Assembly: GCA_023434265.1 (NCBI GenBank)
Contig: JAEYTA010000202.1
Span: forward strand, 11,634-75,633
Length of the DNA: 64,000 nucleotides
DNA from: Pseudomonadota bacterium
Lineage (GTDB): Bacteria > Pseudomonadota > Alphaproteobacteria > Caulobacterales > Caulobacteraceae
Direction: 5' to 3'
This document shows, piece by piece, positions 18,696 through 28,077 of the stretch; within the stretch, counting starts at the first letter, position 1, and each line of letters starts with the position of its first letter. The notes below the pieces were generated by a model. It was not told where the DNA came from. It worked only from the letters and a program-made list of their open reading frames with translations, and made no database searches. The translations under genes and the position numbers were made by a program.

Positions 18696-20965
18696 CGGAC
18701 ACGCCCGCCGCCGACGAAGCGCATGAAGCCGACCCACGCGGCCCGGCGCGTTGGTTCGCCGGCTGGTCCGAGGACCGCCGCCGCAACGCCTTCCTCATCG
18801 CCTACGTCCTCGCCTTCCTGATCAGCGGGGCGGCGATCTGGCTGCTGGCCACGGCCCCCGGCGCGAGCGGACGGGAATCCGCCAGCCAGGCGGTGCTGGG
18901 GGTGCTGGCGGTCAACCTGCTGCTGATCGGGGGACTGGCCGTGATCATCGGCCGGCGGGTGCTGGTGCTGGTGCGCCGCCGCACCCACGCCGGCGCGCGA
19001 CTGCACCTGCGCTTCGTGACCCTGTTCTCGCTGGTGGCGCTGGTTCCGGCGGTGGCCATCGCCCTGGTGTTCGGCGTGCTGGTCAACCGCGGGGTCGACC
19101 AGTGGTTCAGCGACAACGTGCAGGCGGCGGTCGAGAACGGGGCGGACATCGGACGCGCCTACACCGCCGACGTCTCCGCCCAGATGGACGGCGATCTGGC
19201 GGTGATCGCGGAACAGCTGGAGGGCGTACGGCCGCTGTTCGAGAACCGCATCCAGTTTTCCGACGCCCTGGCCCAGGTCGGCGAGTTGTTCGGCTATCCG
19301 GCCATCTACATCCTCGGCCCGGAGGGCGAGGTTCTGGCCGGCGGCGAGGGGCTGAACGCCCCGCCGTACGTCGCCCCGTCCATGGCGGCGCTTGAGGAGG
19401 CGGCCGGAGCCGAGGAGCCCTCGGTGCAGCAGGTCACCCAGAACCCCGACGCCGTGCGCGGCCTGATGGCCTTTCCGGCCTATGGTGACGCCTATCTCTA
19501 CGTCGTGCGACCGGTCCGTCCGGGCCTGATCGCACAACTGGCGGAAGCCGAGCAGTCGATCGTCGCCTACCGCGAGGCCGAGGAGAGCCGTGACCGCATC
19601 CAGGCGGCCTTCGCCCTGAGCTATCTCGAGACCGCCCTGCTGGTGCTGGTCGGGGCGGTGTGGCTGGGCATGTCGGCGGCGAGCGCCATCTCGGCGCCCA
19701 TCGGCCGGCTGGTCGAGGCGGCGGACCGGGCCGCCGGCGGCGACCTGTCGGCCCGCGTCGACGACCGCGAGGGGCCGGGCGAGATCCAGACCCTGTCGGC
19801 GGCCTTCAACCGCATGACCGGCGATCTCGAGGCGCAGCAGGCGGCGCTCAGGGCCGCCAGCGAGGAGGCGAGGGGGCGCACGGTCTTCATCGAGACCGTG
19901 CTGTCGGGGGTCTCGGCGGGGGTGATCGGCGTCGACCGGCAGAGGCGCGTGTCGGCGATCAACGACAGCGCGGTCGAACTGCTGGGCATCGGCGACGCCG
20001 AGATCATCGGCCGGCCGCTGGGCGAGGTGTCGCCCGAGCTGAGCGAACTGGCCGGGCGGGCCGAGGCGCACATCGAGGAGGAGATCGACGTCTCCAACGG
20101 CGGGGAGAGCCGGCGTCTGCGGGTGCGCATCGAGGGTGGCCTTGGCGGCGAGATGGTGCTGACCTTCGACGACATCACCCGGCTGGTCACGGCCCAAAGG
20201 AATGCCGCCTGGCGGGACGTGGCTCGGCGCATCGCCCACGAGATCAAGAACCCGCTGACGCCGATCCAGCTGTCGGCCGAGCGCCTGCGCCGGCGCTACC
20301 GCAAGCAGGTCGGCGACGACGTCGAGGTGTTCGACCGCTGCACCGAGACCATCATCCGCCAGGTGGGCGACATTGGCCGCATGGTTGACGAGTTCTCGTC
20401 CTTCGCGCGCATGCCGGCCCCGCGCTTCACCGCCGAGAACCCGGCCGAGCTGCTGCGCGAGGCGGTGTTCGCCCAGCGGGTGGCGGCGCCCGGAATCGGG
20501 GTCGAGCTGGCCGAGGCCCTGCCCAAGGCGGTGCTGCACGCAGACGGCCGCATGGTCGGCCAGGCCCTGACCAACATCCTCAAGAACGCCGGCGAGGCCG
20601 TGGCCGCCCGCCGCGACGCCGATCTGCGCCCGGGCGACGAGAACGGACCCGGCATTCTGGCCAGCCTGACGGTCGAGGACGGGCTGGCGACCTTCGTCGT
20701 CGAGGACGACGGTCCCGGCCTGCCGGCGCGCGACCGCGACCGGCTGACCGAACCCTATGTGACCACGCGCGAGAAGGGCACGGGCCTCGGCCTGGCCATC
20801 GTCAAGCGCATCTGCGAGGAGCACGGCGGCGAGCTGAAGCTGGCCGACGCCGAGACTCTGACCGGTGCGCGCGTGTGTCTGATCTTTCCCCTGAAGGCGG
20901 CCGCCGCGGCCGGGAGCAAGGGCGCCGCGGCGTCCGCGAGCCCGGCGCGCGCGGTCGCGGAATAG
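18692..20965 (+). CDS. ntrY: Sensor histidine kinase NtrY
   Basis: N-terminal TM helices, HAMP and PAS regions, H-box HEIKNPLTPIQLSAERL, N-box LTNILKNAGEA, G-box GTGLGLAIVKRI. ATGA overlap with dusB. Confidence 0.93.
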   Translation: MTDTPAADEAHEADPRGPARWFAGWSEDRRRNAFLIAYVLAFLISGAAIWLLATAPGASGRESASQAVLGVLAVNLLLIGGLAVIIGRRVLVLVRRRTHAGARLHLRFVTLFSLVALVPAVAIALVFGVLVNRGVDQWFSDNVQAAVENGADIGRAYTADVSAQMDGDLAVIAEQLEGVRPLFENRIQFSDALAQVGELFGYPAIYILGPEGEVLAGGEGLNAPPYVAPSMAALEEAAGAEEPSVQQVTQNPDAVRGLMAFPAYGDAYLYVVRPVRPGLIAQLAEAEQSIVAYREAEESRDRIQAAFALSYLETALLVLVGAVWLGMSAASAISAPIGRLVEAADRAAGGDLSARVDDREGPGEIQTLSAAFNRMTGDLEAQQAALRAASEEARGRTVFIETVLSGVSAGVIGVDRQRRVSAINDSAVELLGIGDAEIIGRPLGEVSPELSELAGRAEAHIEEEIDVSNGGESRRLRVRIEGGLGGEMVLTFDDITRLVTAQRNAAWRDVARRIAHEIKNPLTPIQLSAERLRRRYRKQVGDDVEVFDRCTETIIRQVGDIGRMVDEFSSFARMPAPRFTAENPAELLREAVFAQRVAAPGIGVELAEALPKAVLHADGRMVGQALTNILKNAGEAVAARRDADLRPGDENGPGILASLTVEDGLATFVVEDDGPGLPARDRDRLTEPYVTTREKGTGLGLAIVKRICEEHGGELKLADAETLTGARVCLIFPLKAAAAAGSKGAAASASPARAVAE

Positions 20966-20974
20966 CGAGGCGTC

Positions 20975-22390
20975 ATGCGATCCACGGGAGCCGACATTCT
21001 GGTCGTCGACGACGAGGCCGACATCCGCGAGCTGGTCTCCGGCCTGCTCGAGGACGAGGGGCACGCCGTGCGCGTCGCCGCCAACTCCGACGAGGCCCTG
21101 GCCGCGATCCGGGCGCGCAAGCCGTCGTTGGCCCTGCTCGACATCTGGATGCAGGGCGGCGGGCTGGACGGGCTGGAGCTGCTGGACCTGATCAAGGAGC
21201 TTGACCCGGACCTGCCCGTGGTCATGATCTCCGGCCACGGCAACATCGAGACGGCGGTCAGCGCGCTCCAGCGCGGGGCCTATGACTTCATCGAAAAGCC
21301 GTTCAAGTCCGACCGCTTGGTGGTGGTTGTTCAGCGTGCGCTGGAAGCCTCGGCCTTGAAGCGCGAGAACCGCCGGCTGCGCGCCCAGGTGGCCGCCCCG
21401 ACCGGGCTGATCGGCAAGTCGGCGGCGGCGCAGGCGCTGCGCGGCACCATCGCCAAGGTGGCCCCGGCCAACAGCCGGGTGCTGATCTCGGGACCCCCGG
21501 GCTCGGGCAAGGAGCTGGTGGCCCGCCAGATCCACGAGGCCAGCGCCCGGTCGCGCGGCGAGTTCGTGGCCATCGCCGCCGCCGGCATGACCCCGGAGCG
21601 GCTCGACGTCGAGCTGTTCGGCGAGGAGGGCGTCGACGGCCGGCCGCGCAAGATCGGCGTGTTCGAGCGCGCCCACGGCGGCACCCTGTACCTCGACGAC
21701 GTCGGCGACATGCCGCGCGAGAGCCAGAGCCGGGTGCTGCGCGTGCTGGTCGAGCAGCGCTTCCGCCGCGTGGGCGGCGAGCAGGACGTGCAGGTCGACG
21801 TGCGGGTGATCACCTCGACCTCGCGCGACCTGAAGGAGGAGATCGCCGCCGGCCGCTTCCGCGAGGACCTGTTCCACCGGCTGAACGTGGTGCCAATCCG
21901 GGTGCCGCCGCTGGCCGAGCGGCGCGAGGACATCGCCGAACTGGTCGAATATTTCATCGAAAGCCTGGCGACCTCGCAGGGGCTGCCGCGGCGGCGGCTG
22001 GGCGACGACGCCATCGCCGTGCTCCAGGTCCATCCGTGGCCCGGCAACGTCCGCCAACTGCGCAACAACGTCGAGCGGCTGCTGATTCTCGCCACCGGCG
22101 ACCCGTCCGAGCCGATCGGCGCCGACGCCCTGCCGCAAGAGGCGACCAACGCCGGGGCCTCCGGCTCGCTGGGCGCGGAGCGCATCATCGCCCTGCCGCT
22201 GCGCGAGGCGCGAGAGGTGTTCGAGCGCGAATACCTCGCGGCCCAGATCATGCGCTTCGGCGGCAACATCAGCCGCACCGCCGCCTTCATCGGCATGGAG
22301 CGGTCGGCGCTGCACAGAAAGCTGAAGTCGCTGGGCGTCTCGCCGGCCCGCGGCGGCGAGGACATGGAAGAAGGAAACGCCGAGGCATGA
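20975..22390 (+). CDS. ntrX: Response regulator NtrX (NtrC-family AAA+ without GAFTGA loop)
   Basis: REC domain (ILVVDDEADIREL, LALLDIWM), AAA+ Walker A GPPGSGKELVAR, C-terminal Fis-type HTH. The position of the sigma-54 contact motif GAFTGA reads GVDGRPRK, as is known for NtrX. Confidence 0.93.
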   Translation: MRSTGADILVVDDEADIRELVSGLLEDEGHAVRVAANSDEALAAIRARKPSLALLDIWMQGGGLDGLELLDLIKELDPDLPVVMISGHGNIETAVSALQRGAYDFIEKPFKSDRLVVVVQRALEASALKRENRRLRAQVAAPTGLIGKSAAAQALRGTIAKVAPANSRVLISGPPGSGKELVARQIHEASARSRGEFVAIAAAGMTPERLDVELFGEEGVDGRPRKIGVFERAHGGTLYLDDVGDMPRESQSRVLRVLVEQRFRRVGGEQDVQVDVRVITSTSRDLKEEIAAGRFREDLFHRLNVVPIRVPPLAERREDIAELVEYFIESLATSQGLPRRRLGDDAIAVLQVHPWPGNVRQLRNNVERLLILATGDPSEPIGADALPQEATNAGASGSLGAERIIALPLREAREVFEREYLAAQIMRFGGNISRTAAFIGMERSALHRKLKSLGVSPARGGEDMEEGNAEA

Positions 22391-23250
22391 GTCGCGTCGC
22401 CTACGTCAACGGAACCTATCGCCCGCTGCGCGACGCCGTGGTGCATGTCGAGGACCGCGGCTTCCAGTTCGCCGACGGGGTCTACGAGGTCTGGTCGGTG
22501 TTCGACGGCAAGCTGGCCGACTTCGAGGGCCATATGACCCGCCTGTGGCGCAGCCTCGACGAGCTGCGCATCGACCGGCCCATGACCCGGGAAGCCCTGT
22601 CGCGGGTGCTGAAGGAGACGGTGCGCCGCAACCGGGTGCGCGAGGGGCTGGTCTACATCCAGGTGACCCGCGGCACGGCCCGGCGCGACCACCCCTTCCC
22701 GGCCGAGGGCACCCCGCCCAGCGTGGTCGTCACCGCCCGCTCGCTGCCGCTGGCCAAGGGCAACGCCGCCGCCGAAAAGGGCGTCGCCGTGATCACCCAG
22801 CCGGACATCCGCTGGGGCCGCTGCGACATCAAGACCGTCGGCCTGCTGCCCAACTGCCTCGCCAAGCAGGCGGCGAAGGAGCGCGGCGCCGCCGAGGCGT
22901 GGATGGTCGACGACATGGGACTGGTCACCGAGGGCTCCTCGACCAACGCCTGGATCGTCGACGAGCACGGCAAGCTGAGGACCCGGGACACGCAGTCCAA
23001 CATCCTGCGCGGCATCACCCGCGCGGCGGTGCTGGAGATGGCGGCGAGCGAGGGCATCGAACTGGAGGAGCGGGCCTTTTCGGTGGACGAAGCCAAGCGG
23101 GCGCGGGAGGCCTTCTACACCTCCGCCAGCGGCTTCGTGATGCCGGCGGTGTCGATCGACGGCGCGAAGATTGGCGACGGCAAGCCCGGTCCGGTCGCGA
23201 CGAAACTGCGGATGCTCTACCTTGAACGGGCGCGGCGGGAGGCCATCTAG
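22387..23250 (+). CDS. D-amino-acid (class IV, fold-type IV PLP) aminotransferase
   Basis: ATG 22387 overlaps the ntrX stop (ATGA). DRGFQFADGVYEV, YIQVTRG, CDIKTVGLLPN and GSSTNAWIV are typical class IV aminotransferase motifs. Confidence 0.85.
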   Translation: MSRVAYVNGTYRPLRDAVVHVEDRGFQFADGVYEVWSVFDGKLADFEGHMTRLWRSLDELRIDRPMTREALSRVLKETVRRNRVREGLVYIQVTRGTARRDHPFPAEGTPPSVVVTARSLPLAKGNAAAEKGVAVITQPDIRWGRCDIKTVGLLPNCLAKQAAKERGAAEAWMVDDMGLVTEGSSTNAWIVDEHGKLRTRDTQSNILRGITRAAVLEMAASEGIELEERAFSVDEAKRAREAFYTSASGFVMPAVSIDGAKIGDGKPGPVATKLRMLYLERARREAI

Positions 23251-23302
23251 CCGTTGCGACGGACGCGCGCGTCGTTAAGGTGCGCCCCGGCCTTCCGCCG
23301 CC

Positions 23303-23324
23303 AAGCAACAAGAACAGGACGAAC
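23303..23324 (+). promoter_or_regulatory. A-rich (ARN)n-like tract in the hfq 5' leader overlapping the SD sequence
   Basis: AAGCAACAAGAACAGGACGAAC ends 5 nt before the hfq ATG. AAC-AAG-AAC-AGG are four consecutive A-R-N triplets, and AGGA is the SD sequence. Confidence 0.4.
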
Positions 23325-23329
23325 CTGCC

Positions 23330-23575
23330 ATGTCGCAAGACAAGCGTCAGAACCTCCAGGACACCTTCCTGAACTCGGTCCGCAAGACCAAGACGCCGCT
23401 GACCATCTTCCTCGTCAACGGGGTCAAGCTGCAGGGCATCGTGACCTGGTTCGACAACTTCTGTGTGCTGCTGCGTCGCGATGGCCAGTCGCAGCTCGTC
23501 TACAAGCACGCCATCTCGACCATCATGCCGTCCCAGCCCGTGCAGCTGTACGAGCCCGAGGCGGACGAGGACTGA
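23330..23575 (+). CDS. hfq: RNA chaperone Hfq
   Basis: [61 protein letters not shown] covers the Sm1/Sm2 motifs, followed by an acidic C-terminal tail. Confidence 0.98.
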   Translation: MSQDKRQNLQDTFLNSVRKTKTPLTIFLVNGVKLQGIVTWFDNFCVLLRRDGQSQLVYKHAISTIMPSQPVQLYEPEADED

Positions 23576-24883
23576 TTGACTTCAAAACTGATCGACCACG
23601 CCGTCCCGCTGATCCGGGCGGTCGTCATCCATCCTGACGGGCGCAGCGAAAGCCCGCGCCTCGCCGAGGAGCGGCTCGAGGAGGCCGTGGGCCTGGCCCG
23701 CGCGCTGGACCTCGACGTGCGCGCCGAGGAGATCGTGCGCGTGCGCAAGGTCGCGCCCGCCACCCTGTTCGGCTCCGGCAAGGTCGAGGAACTGGCCGCC
23801 CTGGTGCGCGCCGCCGAGGCCGAGGCCGTGGTCGTCGACGACCAGCTGACGCCGGTGCAGCAGCGCAACCTCGAGAAGGCCTGGGACGCCAAGGTCATCG
23901 ACCGCACCGGCCTGATCCTCGAGATCTTCGGTCGCCGGGCGCGGACCAAGGAGGGCCGGCTGCAGGTCGAGCTGGCGCGGCTGGACTACGAGCGCTCGCG
24001 GCTCGTGCGGACCTGGACCCACCTGGAGCGGCAGCGCGGCGGCACAGGCTCGACCGGCGGCCCCGGCGAGACCCAGATCGAGCTGGACCGGCGCCTGATC
24101 GCCGACCGCATCGTGCGGCTGAAGGCCGAGTTGGAGGAGGTGCGGCGGACGCGCGGCCTACACCGCAAGGCCCGCCAGAAGGTCCCGTTCCCGACCGTGG
24201 CCCTGGTCGGCTACACCAACGCCGGCAAGTCGACGCTGTTCAACCGGCTGACGGGGTCCGAGGTTCTGGCGAAGGACCTGCTGTTCGCGACGCTCGACAC
24301 CACCCAGCGCACCATCCGCCTGCCGCAAGGCCGCCCGGCCATCGTCGCCGACACGGTGGGCTTCATCTCCGACCTGCCGCACGAACTGGTGGAGAGCTTC
24401 CGGGCCACGCTGGAGGAGGTCGGCGAGGCCGATCTGATCCTGCACGTGCGCGACATCGCCTCGCCGGACAGCGACGCGCAGGCCAAGGACGTCGAGGCGG
24501 TGCTGGAGCAGATCCCGGCCGTCGAGAGCAAGGCGCGCCGGGTGCTGGAGGTGTGGAACAAGATCGACCTGCTGGAAGGCGAGGCGCGCGAGGCGACGCT
24601 CGGCCAGGCCGAGCGGCTGCGCGGGCAGGGCAAGGCGGTGGCCGTCTCGGCCTGGACCGGCGAGGGCGTCGAGGCCCTGCGCGAGACCATCGCCGGGCTG
24701 ATCGACGACGACCCGGAGACGGAGCTGACGCTGGAGCCGTCGCAGGGCGAGGCGCTGGCGTGGCTGTACGAGAACGGGCGGGTGACGGCACGCGAGACGG
24801 ACGGCGAGGGCCGCACCCATGTGACGGTGCGCCTGCACCCGGCGGCGCTGGGGCGGTTCGAACGGCAATTCCCGCACCGCTGA
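23576..24883 (+). CDS. hflX: GTPase HflX
   Basis: Lies immediately after hfq. G1 GYTNAGKSTLFNRL, G3 DTVGF, G4 NKIDL. The TTG start at 23576 is tentative. Confidence 0.93.
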   Translation: MTSKLIDHAVPLIRAVVIHPDGRSESPRLAEERLEEAVGLARALDLDVRAEEIVRVRKVAPATLFGSGKVEELAALVRAAEAEAVVVDDQLTPVQQRNLEKAWDAKVIDRTGLILEIFGRRARTKEGRLQVELARLDYERSRLVRTWTHLERQRGGTGSTGGPGETQIELDRRLIADRIVRLKAELEEVRRTRGLHRKARQKVPFPTVALVGYTNAGKSTLFNRLTGSEVLAKDLLFATLDTTQRTIRLPQGRPAIVADTVGFISDLPHELVESFRATLEEVGEADLILHVRDIASPDSDAQAKDVEAVLEQIPAVESKARRVLEVWNKIDLLEGEAREATLGQAERLRGQGKAVAVSAWTGEGVEALRETIAGLIDDDPETELTLEPSQGEALAWLYENGRVTARETDGEGRTHVTVRLHPAALGRFERQFPHR

Positions 24884-24905
24884 GCTGAGGGGCGAGGAGG
24901 AGACG

Positions 24906-26525
24906 ATGGCGCTGGTGGAGACGATCCTGCTGCTGCTGCTGGCCGTGGCGGTCAGCGGGGCGCTGTCGCGCATCACCCGCATCGCCCTGCCGCTGGTGCA
25001 AATCGCCCTGGGGGCCGGCATCGTCCTGATCACCGGCGAGAGCGTGGTGCTGCACCCGCACCTGTTCTTCCTGCTGTTCCTGCCGCCGCTCCTGTTCCTC
25101 GACGGCTGGCGGATCCCCAAGGAGGATCTGTTCCGCGACCGGGCCTTCATTCTCGAACTGGCGCTGGGCCTGGTGGTGTTCACCGTGCTGGGCGTCGGCC
25201 TGCTCATCTACTGGATGATCCCGGCCATGCCGCTGGGCGTGGCCTTCGCCCTGGCCGCCATCCTGTCGCCGACCGATCCCATCGCCGTGGCGGCCATCGC
25301 CAAGCGCGCGCCGATCCCCAAGCGCCTGATGCACGTGCTGGAGGGGGAGTCCCTGCTCAACGACGCCTCGGGCCTGGTGTGCATGAAGTTCGCGGTGGCG
25401 GCGGTGCTGACCGGGACCTTCTCCATCGCTTCGGCGGCCGGGACCTTCGTCTGGCTGGCGGCGGCCGGGATCGCCGTCGGGGTGGGCGTGACCCTGGCCA
25501 TCAATTTCGCCAAGCAGTTCATCACGCGGCGGTGGGGCGAGGATCCGGGGGCGCAGATCATCATCAGCCTGCTGATCCCCTTCGCCGCCTATCTGGCGGC
25601 CGAGCACCTGCACGCCTCGGGCATCCTCGCGGCGGTGGCGGCGGGCGTGACCATGGCCTTCACCGAGCGCAGCGGCGCCGCCCAGGCCATCACCCGCATC
25701 CGCCGCACCGCCGTGTGGGACACGGTCGCCTTCGCCGCCAACGGGGTGATCTTCGTCCTGCTGGGCGAGCAGATGCCGGCCATCGTCACCGGCGCGGCGC
25801 GGGTGGCGACGACCACGGGACATGGCGAGGTGTGGTGGCTGGCGGTCTATGTGCTGGTCATCTTCGTGGCGCTGGCCCTGCTGCGCTTCGCCTGGGTATG
25901 GACCTCGCTGCGGCTGACCCTGTTCCGCCATCGCGGCGAAGAGCGGCCGAAGATGGGCTGGCGACTGGTGCTGGTCACCTCCCTGGCCGGGGTGCGCGGG
26001 GCCATCACCCTCGCGGGCATCCTGACCCTGCCGCTGCTGATGCCGGACGGGACCGCCTTCCCGGCCCGCGACCTGGCCATCTTCCTCGCCGCCTGCGTGA
26101 TCATCCTGTCCCTGCTCACGGCCACCGTGCTGCTGCCGAAGCTGCTCAAGGGGCTGGAACTGCCGCCGGAGCCTTCGTCGCTGGAACGCGAGGATCTCGC
26201 CCGCGCGGTGGCCGCCGCCGCGGCGATGCAGGCCATCGAGCGCGCCCAGCACGACATCGCCGCCGACCCGGATGTCGTTGATGTGTCGACGGACATCGCC
26301 GCCCGGCTGATGGAGGGCTACCGCGCCCGCATCGAGAGCCGCGGCGTCGGCCTCGCCAGCGTCGATCGCGACCGGCTGACCGCCATCGAGAAGGAGCTCG
26401 GCCTCGCCGGCCTGCGCGCCGAGCGCGCTGAAATCCGCCGGCTGGCCCAGGAGCGCACCATCGACGAGGTCACGGCCCGCAAGCTGACCCGCGAGGTCGA
26501 CCTGCAGGAGGCGCGGTTCGGGTGA
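24906..26525 (+). CDS. Na+/H+ antiporter (CPA1 family)
   Basis: About 12 TM helices with ILSPTDPIAV and GESLLNDASG, both typical of CPA1 exchangers, plus a C-terminal cytoplasmic helical tail. Confidence 0.88.
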   Translation: MALVETILLLLLAVAVSGALSRITRIALPLVQIALGAGIVLITGESVVLHPHLFFLLFLPPLLFLDGWRIPKEDLFRDRAFILELALGLVVFTVLGVGLLIYWMIPAMPLGVAFALAAILSPTDPIAVAAIAKRAPIPKRLMHVLEGESLLNDASGLVCMKFAVAAVLTGTFSIASAAGTFVWLAAAGIAVGVGVTLAINFAKQFITRRWGEDPGAQIIISLLIPFAAYLAAEHLHASGILAAVAAGVTMAFTERSGAAQAITRIRRTAVWDTVAFAANGVIFVLLGEQMPAIVTGAARVATTTGHGEVWWLAVYVLVIFVALALLRFAWVWTSLRLTLFRHRGEERPKMGWRLVLVTSLAGVRGAITLAGILTLPLLMPDGTAFPARDLAIFLAACVIILSLLTATVLLPKLLKGLELPPEPSSLEREDLARAVAAAAAMQAIERAQHDIAADPDVVDVSTDIAARLMEGYRARIESRGVGLASVDRDRLTAIEKELGLAGLRAERAEIRRLAQERTIDEVTARKLTREVDLQEARFG

Positions 26526-26537
26526 GGCGCCGAGCGC

Positions 26538-27278
26538 CTACGGCTTGAATAACTGAGTCACGGTCAGGACGCTGACCGGTCGGGGGCCCTCCGGGGTGAA
26601 CCGGACCTCGCCCACCACATAGCGGGACCGGGCGAAGAAGGACGGCTCGGTGACGACCACGAAGCCGGACTCCGACCGAGCGCGCCGTGTGGGGCCGAAC
26701 TCTCGCCAGTCGGTATCGTCCCGCGCCGGAATCGCGGACCAGGCTCTCTGCGTCCAGCCCGGATAGGTCGGATAGGCGTCCTGATAGTGGAGGTGCCTTG
26801 TGGTGCCGGGACCGTGGAAGGTCGCCTGCATCCGCTCCACAAGCTGAGGCTGGTCGTGCTGTCCGACGATGGTGAGGGAGCACACATGGCGCCGGAGGAA
26901 CTGGTCCGGACCCTCCTCTATGCGCAGGACCAGGGTAAGGCGTTCGGTCTCCAGCAGATAGCCGGCGCCCCGATCATCAGGCAGGTCGAGGGCCTGGCGC
27001 TCCCTGTCTTCCATCGGAACCCACAGGCTGTCTTCGGCAGGACGCCGTGCGGCACCGTCGAGCCGATTGCCGTCGACGCACAGGTCCCGGAAGAACGCGA
27101 ACGCGTCTATTGGCGCTGCGGGCTCGGAGGTTGTGACGACGACATCCTCCAAAGTGGTGGCCGGATCAGCCGGAGTGACAGGGTCCTGCATCCACAGCAG
27201 GATCAGGAGCACCGAAGGATCCATCTCGTCCATTCCGCCTGGGTCGACAAGGCTCGCGCCGCTCGCGGCCCGAGTCAA
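26538..27278 (-). CDS. Hypothetical protein, no recognisable domain
   Basis: 246-aa ORF with consistent GC-rich third positions in this frame. Short hydrophobic N-terminal segment (SVLLILLWM). Alternative starts at 27233 and 27224. The region is visibly more A/T-rich than its flanks. Confidence 0.6.
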   Translation of the reverse strand: MTRAASGASLVDPGGMDEMDPSVLLILLWMQDPVTPADPATTLEDVVVTTSEPAAPIDAFAFFRDLCVDGNRLDGAARRPAEDSLWVPMEDRERQALDLPDDRGAGYLLETERLTLVLRIEEGPDQFLRRHVCSLTIVGQHDQPQLVERMQATFHGPGTTRHLHYQDAYPTYPGWTQRAWSAIPARDDTDWREFGPTRRARSESGFVVVTEPSFFARSRYVVGEVRFTPEGPRPVSVLTVTQLFKP

Positions 27279-27291
27279 ACGCTCGCTGGCA

Positions 27292-28077
27292 TCACCCCCG
27301 CTCCGCCGCCTTCGCCGCGTCCCACAGCGCGTCCATCTCGGCCAGGTCCGACTGCTCCGGCGTGCGGCCGTCCTTCGCCAGTTCGGCCTCGATGAAGGCG
27401 AAGCGGCGGACGAATTTGGCGTTGGCGCCGCGCAAGGCGTCTTCCGGCTCGACGCCCAGCTTGCGGGCCAGATTCGCCAGGACGAACAGCAGGTCGCCCA
27501 TCTCCTCGCGGGCCTTGTCGAGGTCGCCGGCGGCGAGTTCGGCGCGGAGTTCGGCGACCTCCTCGACGAATTTGTCGAACACCTCGTCGGTCGAGGGCCA
27601 GTCGAAGCCGACGCGGGCGGCGCGCCGGGTCAGCTTGGCGGCGCGGGCGAGGGCGGGGAGGCCGACCGGCACGTCGTCGAGGGCGCCATGCTGGGCCTTG
27701 GCCTTGCGTTCGCCGGCCTTGATGTCCTCCCAGCGGGCCTTCTGGGCGGCGCCGTCGGCCTTCGCCGCCTCGTCGCCGAAGACGTGCGGGTGGCGCCGCT
27801 CCAGCTTGTCGGCCATGGCCGCGGCCACGTCGTCGAAGCCGAACAGGCCCTGTTCCTCGGCCATGCGAGCATGGAAAACGACCTGGAACAGGAGGTCTCC
27901 AAGTTCACCCTTGAGATCGTCCCAGTCGCCGCGTTCGATCGCGTCGGCGACCTCGTAGGCCTCCTCCAGGGTGTAGGGGGCGATGGTCTGGAAGGTCTGC
28001 TCCACGTCCCACGGGCAGCCTCCGTCGGGGTTTCGGAGCCGCTCCATGATGCGGCGCAGACGGTCGATGGGGGTCAC
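27292..28077 (-). CDS. mazG: Nucleoside triphosphate pyrophosphohydrolase MazG
   Basis: GCPWDVEQTFQTIAPYTLEEAYEVADAIE and a second MazG repeat, EEMGDLLFVLANLARKLGVEPE. Confidence 0.93.
   Translation of the reverse strand: MTPIDRLRRIMERLRNPDGGCPWDVEQTFQTIAPYTLEEAYEVADAIERGDWDDLKGELGDLLFQVVFHARMAEEQGLFGFDDVAAAMADKLERRHPHVFGDEAAKADGAAQKARWEDIKAGERKAKAQHGALDDVPVGLPALARAAKLTRRAARVGFDWPSTDEVFDKFVEEVAELRAELAAGDLDKAREEMGDLLFVLANLARKLGVEPEDALRGANAKFVRRFAFIEAELAKDGRTPEQSDLAEMDALWDAAKAAERG

Noticed and set aside
18461-22315. 1284-aa ORF antisense to ntrY-ntrX
   Set aside because: Same artefact: an R/G/A/P/D-rich translation with no recognisable domain, while the plus strand encodes unmistakable NtrY and NtrX.
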